This document shows, piece by piece, positions 37,501-51,260 of a DNA stretch of 64,000 bases. Source of the DNA: Felis catus. Taxonomy: Eukaryota. The notes below the pieces were generated by a model, which worked only from the letters and a program-made list of their open reading frames with translations, was not told where the DNA came from and searched no databases. The stretch spans positions 18,290,001-18,354,000 of the forward strand of contig NC_058369.1 of the NCBI RefSeq assembly GCF_018350175.1, in the 5' to 3' direction. Numbering within the stretch: the stretch's first letter is position 1; each line of letters begins with the position of its first letter. Position numbers and translations under genes: made by a program.

Positions 37501-40500
37501 CATGGCTCTCTTTCTGCCACAACCTGTCCTGTGGCCCACAGTGTCTGAGCCAAAGCAGTCACTTTCTTCCTGCAGGAAGATGTACTCTCCTTTATGATTC
37601 CTCACTCAGGAAAACCCACCTGACTCCCAGACCCAGGACGCAAGACAGGCCAACCTGAGACCCCCTGAATCCCCAACCCTGAGAAGCTAGCTGGAGACCT
37701 CCCCCTTACTGACCCAAGACCCCTGGCCTGAATCCAGCTATCCACTCTGTTAGTTGCTCCAGAGTCCCCACAATGGGTGAAGAAGATTCCAGGAGAGTCT
37801 GTGCCTGGTGGAGTACTGCCTCCAGGGCCTGTAGGTGTCCACCCTAGCCCTGGGCACCCCAGCCAGGCATCCCCTTGTGTAGGGGGGCCACCTCTTGGGC
37901 CACAGTTTCTAGCTGCAGCTGGAGCAGAGCTAGACGTTGGTCCCAGGAGGTGAAACAGGTAGGGCCTGGATACAAGACACAAACTCACAGGGCCAGACCA
38001 CCCCAAGACCTGGACCCCCAGGACTTAGGTTCCCATTAACCGAAGATCCCAGGGATCCCATCCCTACTAAGGCTCTAGTGTCCTATGACCCCAACCTATT
38101 TCTCAGACTCCTCACCTGGGGCAATTGGCTACTGTAATAGGTTTGCCATCAGGATGGTGGGCACACGGAGGGTCATGCTGTCTACAAAGTTGGGGCCAGA
38201 GCCAACTAGGAGAGGCCCCCAAGACTGTACAGTGGGGAGGAGCAGGCTAGGGGGCTCTCTGGGGACAAGTTGAGTGTCAGTGTCCTCTAACATTCTGGCT
38301 CTCTCCTCTCCCACACTGCCCTGAAAATATGGGCTCTAAGACACCAAACCTCTGACCATGCTGATGCTCCCACCTCGACTTCCTCACCTTCCTAACCCAG
38401 CCCAGCCTCTTGTTTAAACCAGTCGTCTCCACACACTCCCTCCCTCCCCTGAAAACCAAGTCTAAGCTTTGGTTTTCTCTTGCCCCTGCTCCTCCTGGAC
38501 ACTCATAGGCAACAAGGGGTCAGCTGGCTGGAAGCCCTGGCCAAGTTCAGCTTCAGCAGTGGTTTGGTCAAGGGCAACACAGAAGTGCCCAGATGGGAAT
38601 TCATGGCAGCCATTGAGGTGGGGGTGGCACAGGCAGAGGCCCTCCCCAGCAGAACACCTGAACTAACGTGGGGGCAGGGAAGGAGAGTCAACTCCTGACT
38701 CTTATCACTTGATCCCAACTCCCAGGCCCTACCTTGTACCCATTGCTGTAGGCATAGTCACAAGGCCTGTAGCCCAAAGAGTCACCGCTCAGACTCCAGA
38801 ACTCGGACTGTAAGAGAGAGCAAGTAGGTGGAGAAAGGACAGGAAGATCTGGGGCCTAGGAGGTCATATGCTGGGACTGCCTGTTGCAAGAGGAAGGGGA
38901 GTGAGCACAGGGCTTCAATGCTCCTCTGGCTGTAGCTGAGAGGGGGTGAGGAGACCTCAGTATACTCCTGCACAGCTTCATAAGAGGTAAGATGAGGATA
39001 CTGCAGAGGCTAAAGTAAAAGTTAAAGGATTTATGTTCAAGGAGAGGCAAGAAGTGGATGGAATTCTTTCTTGGACTGAGTCTTCCTCCAAATATGTTTG
39101 TTGCGAAACATCTTTAAACCCAGTGCACAATATGTTGTAACTTGCTTCATTGCTTTTCCTTTTATGTTTCCAAAGCTCCCACCTGAGGGCATATGCTGGT
39201 TCAGCTAGCTGAGGTGGTGTTGACCTTAGTAACCAGATCAAGGAGTAGAACCAACCCATGTGCAAGGCTCAGTCTAGAGTCACACTGATTATACAGCCTT
39301 ATACTTGTCAGCTGCTAGAAGCCTAGTGCCCAAAATCACGGTCAAATCAGAAGGTGGGGCAAGGCTTACCAGATAAAGTCTGCAGTCCCATCCAGAGACA
39401 AAGCGTTTGTAGTGACAGGCACTGCTGGAGGTATCACAGGCATGAGTGCCAGGGACCTGGCCTCAGGGTTAGTGTCTATGGGCTAGGGCACAGGGCTCGC
39501 AGGGTGCTATTGGGATTCCTGCAGGGATAGGTGCATGCATGTGTCATTAGAGCAGTGACTGGGGGCAGAGCAAGGACATGAGGGTTGGGTCTACTCTCAG
39601 GATAACTCACACTGACAACCTTCTGCCTGAGTGGGGCTTAAGCCACAGTGACCAGGCCGGCAGAGGTCACAGCACTGGCCCGACATGAACTCTACAGTGA
39701 CACTGCCCAGAGAGGAGACTGCGGGTCTTTCTGTGTGGGCATCACACAACCCCCTTCCAAAGTAGCCATAGAGTCACAGTCACAGGCTGAATCATGGGTC
39801 AGAAGTGAGGACAGAGTTAGGTCAGAGGTCACCATGGAGCTGAAGGATCAGGGTCAGAGGTGGGATTGGGGATTGGAAGGCTCACGTTTGCAAGAGTGAA
39901 GAGAATGGGGTTCCTCCTGGGGATCTCAGTGGAAGGGCTGGCAGAGTTCACAGTGGCACCCAGCTGTGTTGTGCTGACATGTATCACACACACCTCCAGT
40001 CACATTGCCAGATGCCAGATACAGGGCTATGTCAAAATGACAACTGTGGGCATGCCCATTACACTTGCATTCTGGGGCAGAACAAGGAAGATGGATATGG
40101 AGCGGGCTGACTTAGGCAATTATGGCCAGGCACAGAGGACACGGCACGTATCCTGCCAGGTGTGGGGGTGCCCAGGCTCTGCTGCATGCCATAGGTGGTA
40201 CTAACATAGGTCCTACCAATGCTCACAGTGGGTACCAACTGTGTGGTGATGGCAGATGCAAAGGCCACGCACCTGGCAGGGAGGAGAGCAAGATGAGTCT
40301 GCCCCAGTCCCCCAGCTTGCCCACCCCAGCAGCCACAGGATGCCTCTTTCATGGCGCTCACCATGCCTTTCATGTTGGCTGGGGCCTTAGCTGTGGGCCT
40401 GCACTCAGAGGCATGGCCATGGCATAGGCAGCTGCCTCTGGCCACAAGCTCCTAAAGGACATAGTAGAAGGGGTGTCTCTTTAGGCTCCTCCAGCAGCCT

Positions 40501-43091
40501 ATCACCCAGCGTGTGCAATTTGGAGTTCACATGGAGATTTGTCACATGAAAGAGTTCTGGAGACACAGACTGGGGACCTCAGGTGCACTGATCATTATCC
40601 CTCTATGGCTGGGATGGAATAGGGGTAGGGTTTCTTCTCTCTCTGCATCATTGCAGCCACCTCTCCCAGCATTCATGCTGTGGGACTCCCCCATACCTGC
40701 TCCTCTAGGCATACCATCTTAGGATGACCACAGCCTAATGGTGATAATTCTACCTCTGCACTGCTCCAACCATGACATCACTCCTGAGGTGAGACCTGCA
40801 CAATCCCACCTCTTCCTGGATACCCCATCCTGGCATTACTAGTTGAAAACTGCTTCCCCATTGCAGTTAACCATCCCATTCCCCAGTCTATCATCAAAAC
40901 TAGAAATCAGTTTACCATCCAGCCAAACCATATATGGTATTAGTTTGCTTATTTATCAAGTTTTTCTCATTTTCATGTCAGATCCAAGACACTTTATCTG
41001 CTCCCCACTGAACACTGCTCAGAAGACAGATGTCTGGCACACAGTGGAGCTCAATGGGCACTTGTTCAATGTACACATGGGACAGATGGGTCCATGGCTC
41101 CTTTCTGCTCCACAGCTTAAGTCAGTTACTGAACCAAGCTTCCTCTTATACCTCCCTTTGCTGAGTGTCTCTCTCCTGATCAGAAGAGCAAGCAAGACCT
41201 GCTTGGGAACCTAGCATGGGGGCTCAGGGCAAGTAGTTGGTAATAATCAGTTAAGGTGGGTGGAGAGTAGAGAAAAAGCCAGGTTGGGGTATGTCATGCT
41301 TTAGTACTCACCTGGCCTGACTCTGGGTTGCCCTGCTGGGTTATGGTTATGTGTCTTGTCTTTCAAGACTTGTTTTACAAGAAAGAGGTCACAACCCAGA
41401 GACACCCTGGTGCCACCTAGAGGCAGCTGCAGAGACGCCAGACACCAAGTAAGGCCAGGGTGATGAATCAGGATGAGGACTCATCAGGGTGATGAGTCAG
41501 GGGGACCAGGATAGGGGCTGTGATGGAGGCTCATAAAAGGGACAGTTATAAGGTACAGCGACAGGTGCAGAAATGGGGTACATTGTTGATAGCTGGCATA
41601 GAAAGTAGTGATGGGAACCACAAAGGGGTCCCACAAAGAATTTGTGATGGGGCAGAGATAGAAACTGCCAGTCCCTATACACTGGGCATAGGTATGGGGA
41701 ACAATGATGGGACAGGAAAGGGGGGCCATATTAGGTCCATAATAGAGGACCATGATGGGATAGAGCCAGGGAATAATGCTGGGGGACGGAGCTGGCTTGC
41801 CTCCCACCATACCTCACTGGTGTACACACCCAAGCAGGACCTCACCTCCCTGCATTATCTGGCTGTCCTGACATGCAAGAAACACAGGATTGGCTGTGGA
41901 GAGGATTACCCTGAATCCTGGGATTGTTTGGGTTCTCCATTAAAATGGCTGGGTCCAGAACTTTGAAAATAACCTGGAAGAAGCAAACCTGAGCTTCTGG
42001 CTTCACCCCAGGGCCCAACCTCCCTTCCTCTAGGTTGACCTTGCCCTCAGCAGAAGGCTCAATGTTGGAGTAATGCTGGTCACAAACCAGCCCTGTTTCT
42101 GTGGCCAGGGGTGGGAGGGATCCCAGGAAAGAGGCCTGAGCAGCTGTAGGCAAAGTATCAGCATACATGCCGAGTGGCCATGGTCCGCTGAATGCTCCAG
42201 AAGCAGAGTTGCCAGGCAGAATGTCTGAGGACAAGAGGGGGTCCTTGGGTCACCAGAGGGAAGCATCACTGGTGGCTGTGAGGTCAGGAGGCACAGAGCA
42301 AGCCTTTAGGCTGGGGCATGATGAACGTCATGATGAGGTGGGTAATGTAGAAGGCACTCTCTAGGTCCAGCTGGATGGTGACGTTCTCAACACCTGTAAC
42401 CACAAGGGCCAATCAGAGTGGCTGAGCCCTGACCCTAGACCTGCACACATGGGCACACGGGTACCATCACCTCTCTCTGCCGGCCATCAGGTCTTGTTTC
42501 TTCCACGACCACTCCAAATCACATTCTCAGTGCCATGGCCTCCCTGATCCCAAATGTCACAAAAGAAGGAATTCTCAGATTCCTGCAAGAGGTACGTGGT
42601 TGGCCCCCAAGCCCCAAATTTCACAGCACAGGCCTCCCCCTCCCAGCAATGATCTGAACCCCCACAAAGCCAAACCTGCCCAGGAAAACCCAGAGATACC
42701 ATCTCCAGAGCCCTCACCCTCCTCCCCACCTGGAGGTGACTGACAATGCAGTAGGGCTCAGAGACCACAGGAGGACAAAGTTCTGGCCATGGCCAACAAT
42801 CAAATTGCCAGTAGGTGGGTAGCAGCTGCCACTTAAGCATTCAGGTAGGGGAAGTGTGTCTGACACCTCCTCAATTGTTCTGGAAGCCTGGACTGGGAAG
42901 GACAGCATCTGAACAGAGATCCTAAGGGTTCCCCCACCTCATTCTGCCCCATAAGAGGCCTGGAGATTTTTTCTCCTGCTCTGGATGGCTCTCAGGGAAA
43001 GCCAACCTCTCACCCGCTGGTGGCAGAAGCAGAACTGAAAGGAGCTGCAGACTGGAGAGGAGGCCTAGCCAGGCTGGGGGTCCTGGGCCAT
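34527..43091 (-). pseudogene. LAMB2P1: Unprocessed laminin beta-2-like pseudogene (positional counterpart of human LAMB2P1/LAMB2L)
   Basis: Decayed exons: 43091-43014 (signal peptide, frameshift), 42892-42730 ([26 protein letters not shown]), 42582-~42465, 42393-42320 ([23 protein letters not shown]), 42224-42040, 41973-41910, 40556-40362, 40272-40152, 40071-39886 ([21 protein letters not shown]), 39786-39611, 39482-39370, 38807-38740, 38657-38507, ~38220-38116, ~37990-37728, 37569-~37380, 37227-~36975, ~36800-36520, ~36037-35849 (EGADAVSVQLV), 35768-~35630, 35458-35281, 35104-34949, 34658-34527 (..NTCAIC*). Many stops and frameshifts. Confidence 0.9.
36136..36316 (+). mobile_element. MER63-like hAT DNA transposon fossil
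   Basis: ttaaattttcaggaattttgtga..., aaacactacaaatcag, and gttaaacattta..agca..c.a.tg terminus resemble MER63A as recalled. Confidence 0.65.
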
Positions 43092-44623
43092 GGGAGCTGA
43101 AATCAGACCTGAGAGAGAGGATGAACAGCGGGCTGCCCTTGAGGAGCTGGGTGTGGCCCCATACTCACATGGTAGATAAAAGCAGGATTGCCAGAGACAA
43201 GGAGCATGCAGGGCTGTGAAGCCATGGTGAGGCTGGGAGCAAAGGGGGTCCCCAGAGCCTGGGAGCCAATGGAGGTCACACCCTATTAATTGCAGCCACC
43301 AGATGCAGAATAAAGGTGGGGAGGGCGTACCAAGAAGCAAACAGAACTTCTCTACAGGTCTGCCATCCAATATGGCTGGCACTAGTGGGGCCAGGATTCA
43401 GACTAACCCATAGAGACAGAAAAGATCCAATTCTCATTCAAATGAGGCTCCCACCTCTATCCCTGAAAGGCTGTAGGTCTCTAGGAGCCTCTGGGGAATG
43501 TGTCCCTGTCCCTGCCAGCCCCAGGCACTGCCTTTGGGCTGGGCAATCAGGAAAGGAGTGGCAAATGGGCAGAGACCTAGTTTTGCTTGGCGCCCAGCCC
43601 CCTCTCCAAAGCATGAAGAGCGGAAATGTCTGAAATACACAGGCCCCTGTTGGGAGGCATAAGGCTGGACCTGGAAACAGAATGCTTGGGACCCAGGCAG
43701 AAAGCACTGCTGATGGGGTGAAGCAGTGTGGAAACTCTCCTGGTTCAGTTAAAAGAGTACCCAACTCATCCAAGGTGAAAATTCTGCAGTCAGTGGACAG
43801 ACTCTGTGGCTCTACGACCCAGAGCCCTGGCCTCTGACTCAACTCCCAACCCCTTGCTATCAACTGGGGAAGATAAGGCTGGAACAAGGAGAGGCAGAAA
43901 TACTATAGCTAATTTAGGCCTGGCCCTGCCCTAGACAAGCTCAGGCAAAGCCCCAAAGTTTCAGCCAGAGCAGGGTAGGAGACAATGGCCCCTGGGGAGT
44001 AGTACCACAAAACCCCCTTTCCCTGGCCTAAAAACCTGCTGGCTGCAAAGTTCCCCACAGAGCCACCTACTGTCCTCCTGCAGGGGGCCTACCTGGTCAG
44101 TGCAGACCTGAGGGAGGCATAGAGTGGCTCTGCCCCTGCCCTCAGGGGCAGCTTCTCACACATCTACAAAGGCCAGCACCTCTAGAGAAGCCTGGGAGCT
44201 ACTCTTTTCACTCACACCCAGGACTTGTCCGGGGCTACCAGGACCCACTTTGGCAGCCCTGTTCCTGGGGCCACTCCTCCTATATGCTCAAGCTGGCCTA
44301 CCAGCAGCTATAAACACAAAAAAGACCATGAAGGGTGGGCAGGGAGACTGGAAGGTGGAAAGGTATAAAACGTGATAGATGGAACAGTGGAGGTACAACT
44401 TGAAGAGTAACAAATCACAGTGCATCGCGCCATGAGAACACCCCTCCCACCCGCCCATACCACCCCATATCCTCCAGTCTCTGAAAGGAGAATGGTGGCT
44501 CTCAGGGCCCTGGAGAGGCACCCGGAGTCCTTGGGGTTGTAGAATCCATGGGCATTGCACACTGTGCCACTGGTCACACAGACAACTGGGCTCAGTTTCC
44601 CCAAACATTGCTACATGAAGGAA

Positions 44624-46222
<1,599 letters not shown>

Positions 46223-46235
46223 AGATATATCATTA

Positions 46236-46461
46236 GGGGCACCTGGGTGGCTCAGTCAGTTAAGCGGCCGACTTCGGCTCAGGTCATGATCTCGCGGTCC
46301 ATGAGTTCGAGCCCCGCATCGGGATCTGTGCTGACCGCTCAGAGCCTGGAGCCTGTTTCAGATTCTGTGTCTCCCTCTCTCTCTGACCCTCCCCCATTCA
46401 TGCTCTGTCTCTCTCTGTCTCAAAAATAAGTAAACGTTAAAAAAAAAAATTAAAAAAAAAA
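46236..46461 (+). mobile_element. Full-length felid-type SINEC
   Basis: ggggcacctgggtggctcag head, B box gagttcgagccc, (CT)n tract, A tail; target-site duplication gaa(g/a)atatatcatt at 46221-46234 and 46462-46475. Confidence 0.95.
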
Positions 46462-46497
46462 GAAAATATATCATTTAATTAATTTAAAAAAAAGATT

Positions 46498-46690
46498 GGG
46501 GCACCTGTGGCTCAGTAAGTTGAGCATCTGACTTTGGCTCAAGTCATGATCTCATGGTTCATGAGTTTAAGCCCTACATTGGGCTATTGTCAGCGTAGAG
46601 TCAGCTTCGATCTTCTGTCTTCCTCTCTCTGCCCCTCCCCCGCTGGTTTCCTCTCTTAAAATAATTAACTAAACTTAAAAAAAAAAAAAA
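46498..46690 (+). mobile_element. SINEC
   Basis: gggcacctgtggctcag head, CT tract, poly(A) tail. Confidence 0.9.
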
Positions 46691-48419
46691 GATGAGCACT
46701 GGGATAAGGGACAAGGCATGTAGATAATAAGTCCATCAGGGCTTGTGCTCTCCTTAATAACAACTATGGATACACAGGGCTCTTGCCATAGTGAGCCACT
46801 GCTTGGGGCAAAGCCCTGGTTTCCTGACTTACTATAGTGGCAGGGTGAGGATCAGGGTGGCAGGAGGGATCCACATGGGTCAAAGGCAGTTTTGAGATAA
46901 ATGTCCAGAAGCTCATCAGAGCCATCTAACATGCTATTGGGTCCCTAGGAAGATTTGGGCTTGGTTGGCCCATTTTAACTCAATTCTCTATTTTCTGAGG
47001 CCAGAAACCTGGTATTAGACTCAACCCTGGGAATAGAGGTGAATGTCCGTCTTCAAGGAGTCCTGTACAGAAAGCAAGACAGAGACCATGAAAGTTCTTG
47101 GGAGTGCACACTGACACCCAGCTCAGCCTTCCAGTGGGTCAGGGAAGGATTCCTAGGAGAGGCAACACCTAGGTGGGACATGAGTGATGAATAGGAAGGA
47201 CCAGATGGAAATGGAGCAAAAAGGGGAACAACCAATACAATGTCTTAGAAATGAGAAACAGTAAGGCACATTTAATGTGTGTGACTGGAGTCTGTGGTCA
47301 GGGCTGGGCGGTCTAGCTGTGAAACCAGCTGAGAGCAGGGCAACATGAGCCTTTAAGTCTAGTCAAAGAGCCCAGACCTACACTCAATGTCAATGCCCAC
47401 CTCTGTTCCTCCAGCTGCTGTTATCCAGGTGCTCAGGGGTGAACCTCCCTGTCCACCAGAAGTTCTGCTTTTGGAGTCCCCAGACAGGCTCAGAAGCCTG
47501 ACTCCCAGAACTCAAATCATGGAGACTAACCTCAAGGCAAGAGTCAGACTCTCCTTCAACAGAAACTAAAAAGATAAGTAGCAGATACTCATGACACATG
47601 TCTGGGCAACCAGGCTGCCTATGGGTCAAGCAGCCAGACCAAGAGCTCAAGGTCTGACAGCCAAAGGCTCCAACAGGATGGCTAATAAGGTGGACACTAG
47701 AAATCTGAGCTGTCCTAACTAGGGTCTGGAGGGCTGCAGACCTCAGTGCAGCCCAGATGGAGCTGTCTGGGCACACTCAAGTTGTCCCAGGCTTCTCTGA
47801 AGAAGCCACAGGCCATCAGTCATGACTAATGTCTAATGCCTAACCTGGTACTGAGGGCTCCCAGAGGGAGCCTGATCCCAGCTGTACCACAGCATTAAAA
47901 GATCAGCTGGGATCAGGCAGGTCCCTGGGGCCAGGAGGCGCGTCTGTGCAGCTTCTTCCCGCCGCCCTAATGGAGCAGAGGAAGTTTTCAGAATCCCCTG
48001 GAGGAAGTGCCCTGGGGCTCTTTGTTTGGAAACATTCTTGGATCCTCAGGTGTCTCTGGCACTTCCTCTCTCCAGAGGCCATTCTCCAAACACAATCCTT
48101 GCACATGACTTTACTTCTTTTATTTTTTTCTTTCCAGGGGATGTAGTTTTCAGGGCTGTGAACTGTAGAATAGGGAGGAGCCTGTTTCCCCGCAGGCACA
48201 GATATTAGGGGTGAACCGAGGGCTCTTCCGCCCAGGTCGGTCTAGACTCTTGGGAGGGGTCTTCTGGGTTTTCCAAGAGGCTCCGGAAACAGAGGCTGCA
48301 GTCTGGTCCCCGACTTCCCTTCACACGTGCCCCCGGGGCCGACAGGGAAGTTGATGAAAGATGGGAGACAGGAGAGGCCTCATCCAAAGGGGACCAGGTT
48401 GGGGGGCAGATCAGGGCCA

Positions 48420-48830
48420 CTGGCCTGGGAGTCCGCGTCCCTGGGGCCTGAGCCGCGGGTAGGAGCGGGGATCTTGAAGGCAGCGAAACGCGCGGGGCGG
48501 GCGGGGCGAGCCCGACCCGGTCGCGCAGCCCCAGGGTGGGGTCGCTGAGCAGGGGGTGGGGGTGGGGGAGGATCTTGGCCGGGCTAGTGGAGGGCGCGGG
48601 TCCCGAAAGGGCCGACCGCCCGGCCCATCCGCCCTGTCGCCTCGCGGACGGCCCCTCCACGGCGCGGCTAGGCCCATGGCCCCAACCTACCGGCGCCGCC
48701 GCGGGGACCCAGGACGCGCCTCTGCGCCGCCTCCGCTGCTCCAACATGGCCGCCCGCTGCGCACCGGAAGCGCGCCGCGCTTCCGCTTCCGGGACCTGGC
48801 CCGCCCTAGTGACCCTTGACCCCCCGAGAC
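48420..48830 (-). promoter_or_regulatory. CCDC71 CpG-island promoter and exon 1
   Basis: CpG-rich; ETS-like ccggaag and cttccgcttccgg at 48765-48792; YY1-like GCCATGTT; gtaggt donor after 48691. Confidence 0.8.
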
Positions 48831-50759
48831 CCCGTTTCCCCCAAAGTCTGGGAACGGGGTAGGTGGGTACCTAGGAAGGCTTCCTGGAGGAGGTGGCTGC
48901 GGGGACCGCTCTAAATCCATCCAGTCCTGTGCAGGAGTCTGAGGAGCAGAGGTGCTCTCAGAGGCTGTGGACAAGGCCTGCCTCAGTCCCAAGCTCCTGA
49001 CTTGAGGGAAAGAGGAATGTCCCCTGCCTCGCTGGGAGTGTTGCAGGGGTATCTCCTCTGAGGGCAGTAGCCCTGCCTCTCTTCCTGACAATGAAGCCCA
49101 CGTGAAAGGATGGTGCTGGCGTGCACACAGCCCAAAACTGGGCATGTACAATCTGAGAGTCCTAGCATACCAATGTGGGCCTGAGGGTACTTGCCTAAGA
49201 GCATGTACATGGGTGTGGTGGGAGAACCCTTGCCCAACCCCAGCCCTGTCAATGGCAGGAAGTCCTGCCTCCCAGAATTCCTGTCCTTTGCCTAGGAGAC
49301 TGGGACCTCAGTCTCTCTACCTGTACTGCTGGGGCCAGCAGAGGCATGGTGGTTACAGGGCCCATTGCCCAAGCAGCACCAGATGAGAGGACACAGGTCA
49401 AAATTAACTCTAGGAGTCTAAGAGGTCAGTCTCTGACCAAAGGCCTATCTTAGTCAGGGGTCCCCCAAGTCCAGGATGGGAGCCAGCATGGAAACTCTGG
49501 TTTCATGGATGAGATAGTGGGGACATTCGTACTTCAGTTAGAGCCTGAGCTATGAGGCAGAAATACTGCCACAACTCTTGGACCCTGACATGTACAATGG
49601 TGCCAAATTTAGTAGCTGAGGGTAGGTGGAAGCCTGTGGGCAGTCACAAGATGCTTCATTTAGGGACTGGTTAATAGCTTTTCTCCCTCCTCATATGACC
49701 CCAGGATCCTTAGACATAGAAGGGTCTAGGCACCCCTAAAGGGAAACACTCACCCCCGCCCTCCCTAGGCCTCAGCTGGCACCTCTGAGCTTCCTAAGGC
49801 CTCAGCACTCATGGTAAGGCCCTCAGTGCCTTCAAGCATAGCCAAAGTGTGCAACAGTAAATGCAAACTCCTGCTCCTTTGGGGTCAGTGCTTCTAACTC
49901 TTCATTCTGTTAGAAAGAGGAGAATGGTGGGGTCCCAAGGGCCAGGATCTCCTAGTACAATCAGGAAGTCCCACCTTGGTATGCCCAGTCTCCAACTGTG
50001 GGTGAGTCCTGTCTCTGCCCCATCCATGGTTGAGAAATAGCTGCTACTCTCAGGACCAATCCAGCCTCATCTTCTACCCCAGTTGTCTTCCACAGCTTCT
50101 CCAAAGTCAGCAGTGTTGGCCCCCTGTATGTAGGTGGTTCCAGGACTGTGTAAGAAAAAACAAGTCCCATGAAGAGGTAGAGCTCAGCCATCAGGGATGG
50201 CATGGACTTAGGTGTGTCCTGGAAGGGGGAATCCCTCTCTGGTGATGTCCATCCCAGAGTTCAGTGAAAAATGGAGGACTTAGCAGGGTAGATCCATCCC
50301 CAGGCTGTATCCCTTGCAGACATTAGAACTGGAGGGATAGTAGGGGTTAGGGGTCAGGGTTATGGGTACCTAGCACTCTGAGGGGAAGCTGACCCTTCTG
50401 CCTCTTGGTGCTCAGTATGTTCCAGATGGAACTCTGGGAGCATTCATCAGAGAAAAGTGTGACCTGACCTGGAATTTGGTGGATGCTGACCCTGTAGGCA
50501 TAACTGGGATCAGACAGGATGAGGTTGGCAGAGACCACAAGGTTGTCCCAGGATCCAGCTCTTGCTCTCCATTTGGCATCTTTTACAGCCCTGAGTGATG
50601 GGACCTAGACCCATTTCCACCTGATCAGAGATCTGGTGGATATCTAGTTGTGGGCGAGGCCGGTGGGCCTGGGAGGGATCACTCAAGGAGGGAGTCAATG
50701 TGACAAAGAGAAAAGCCAGGGCTGGATCTTCAGGAGCCACTTCCAAGGGAGAAGAGGAA

Positions 50760-51260
50760 CCAGAGCCTGTAAAAGACTCTGAGAAGCAGCACAAGCAGGA
50801 GCAGAGGTGCCAAGGTCACAAGGAATGAAACTCTGAAGATGTCAGCAAGATTTCAGTTGAGATGAAGACCATAGGGACCTGTAGTTTTAGCTATATGGTG
50901 TTCCATCGAGACTTTGACAAGAGCAATTTGGGGGGAGCAGTGGACATGAAGTAGCAGGTAGCTGGTGATTGGAGGGGAGGAAGAGGAGGCTGGAGGGACT
51001 TGGGGGTACTGGGATGTGTCTTAAAGTAGGAGGCTTTTAAGCGCTTAATTGCTGGAATGGAGAGGGGGAAAGGGCCTGGAAAGGGAATAGTGGGAAATGT
51101 GAGGGTTCTGCAGAGCAGTGTGAACACCCCGTGGAGGAAGGTACAAGTGCGCTAAGTGAAGAGCAAGTGAAAGGCAGAGTGAAGTGAGAGGATGGAAGCC
51201 ACCTAGTCAGGTTCTGAAACCTGCCTTGATACCACCATTTCCATGTAGTCCTTCCAACTC
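50760..51260 (-). mobile_element. Old LINE-2-like remnant
   Basis: Purine-rich L2-antisense-like sequence (gttgagatgaagaccatagggacctg..., gagaggatggaagcca). Confidence 0.45.

Noticed and set aside
46236-46330. tRNA-like A/B boxes
   Set aside because: Head of a tRNA-derived SINE, not a tRNA gene.
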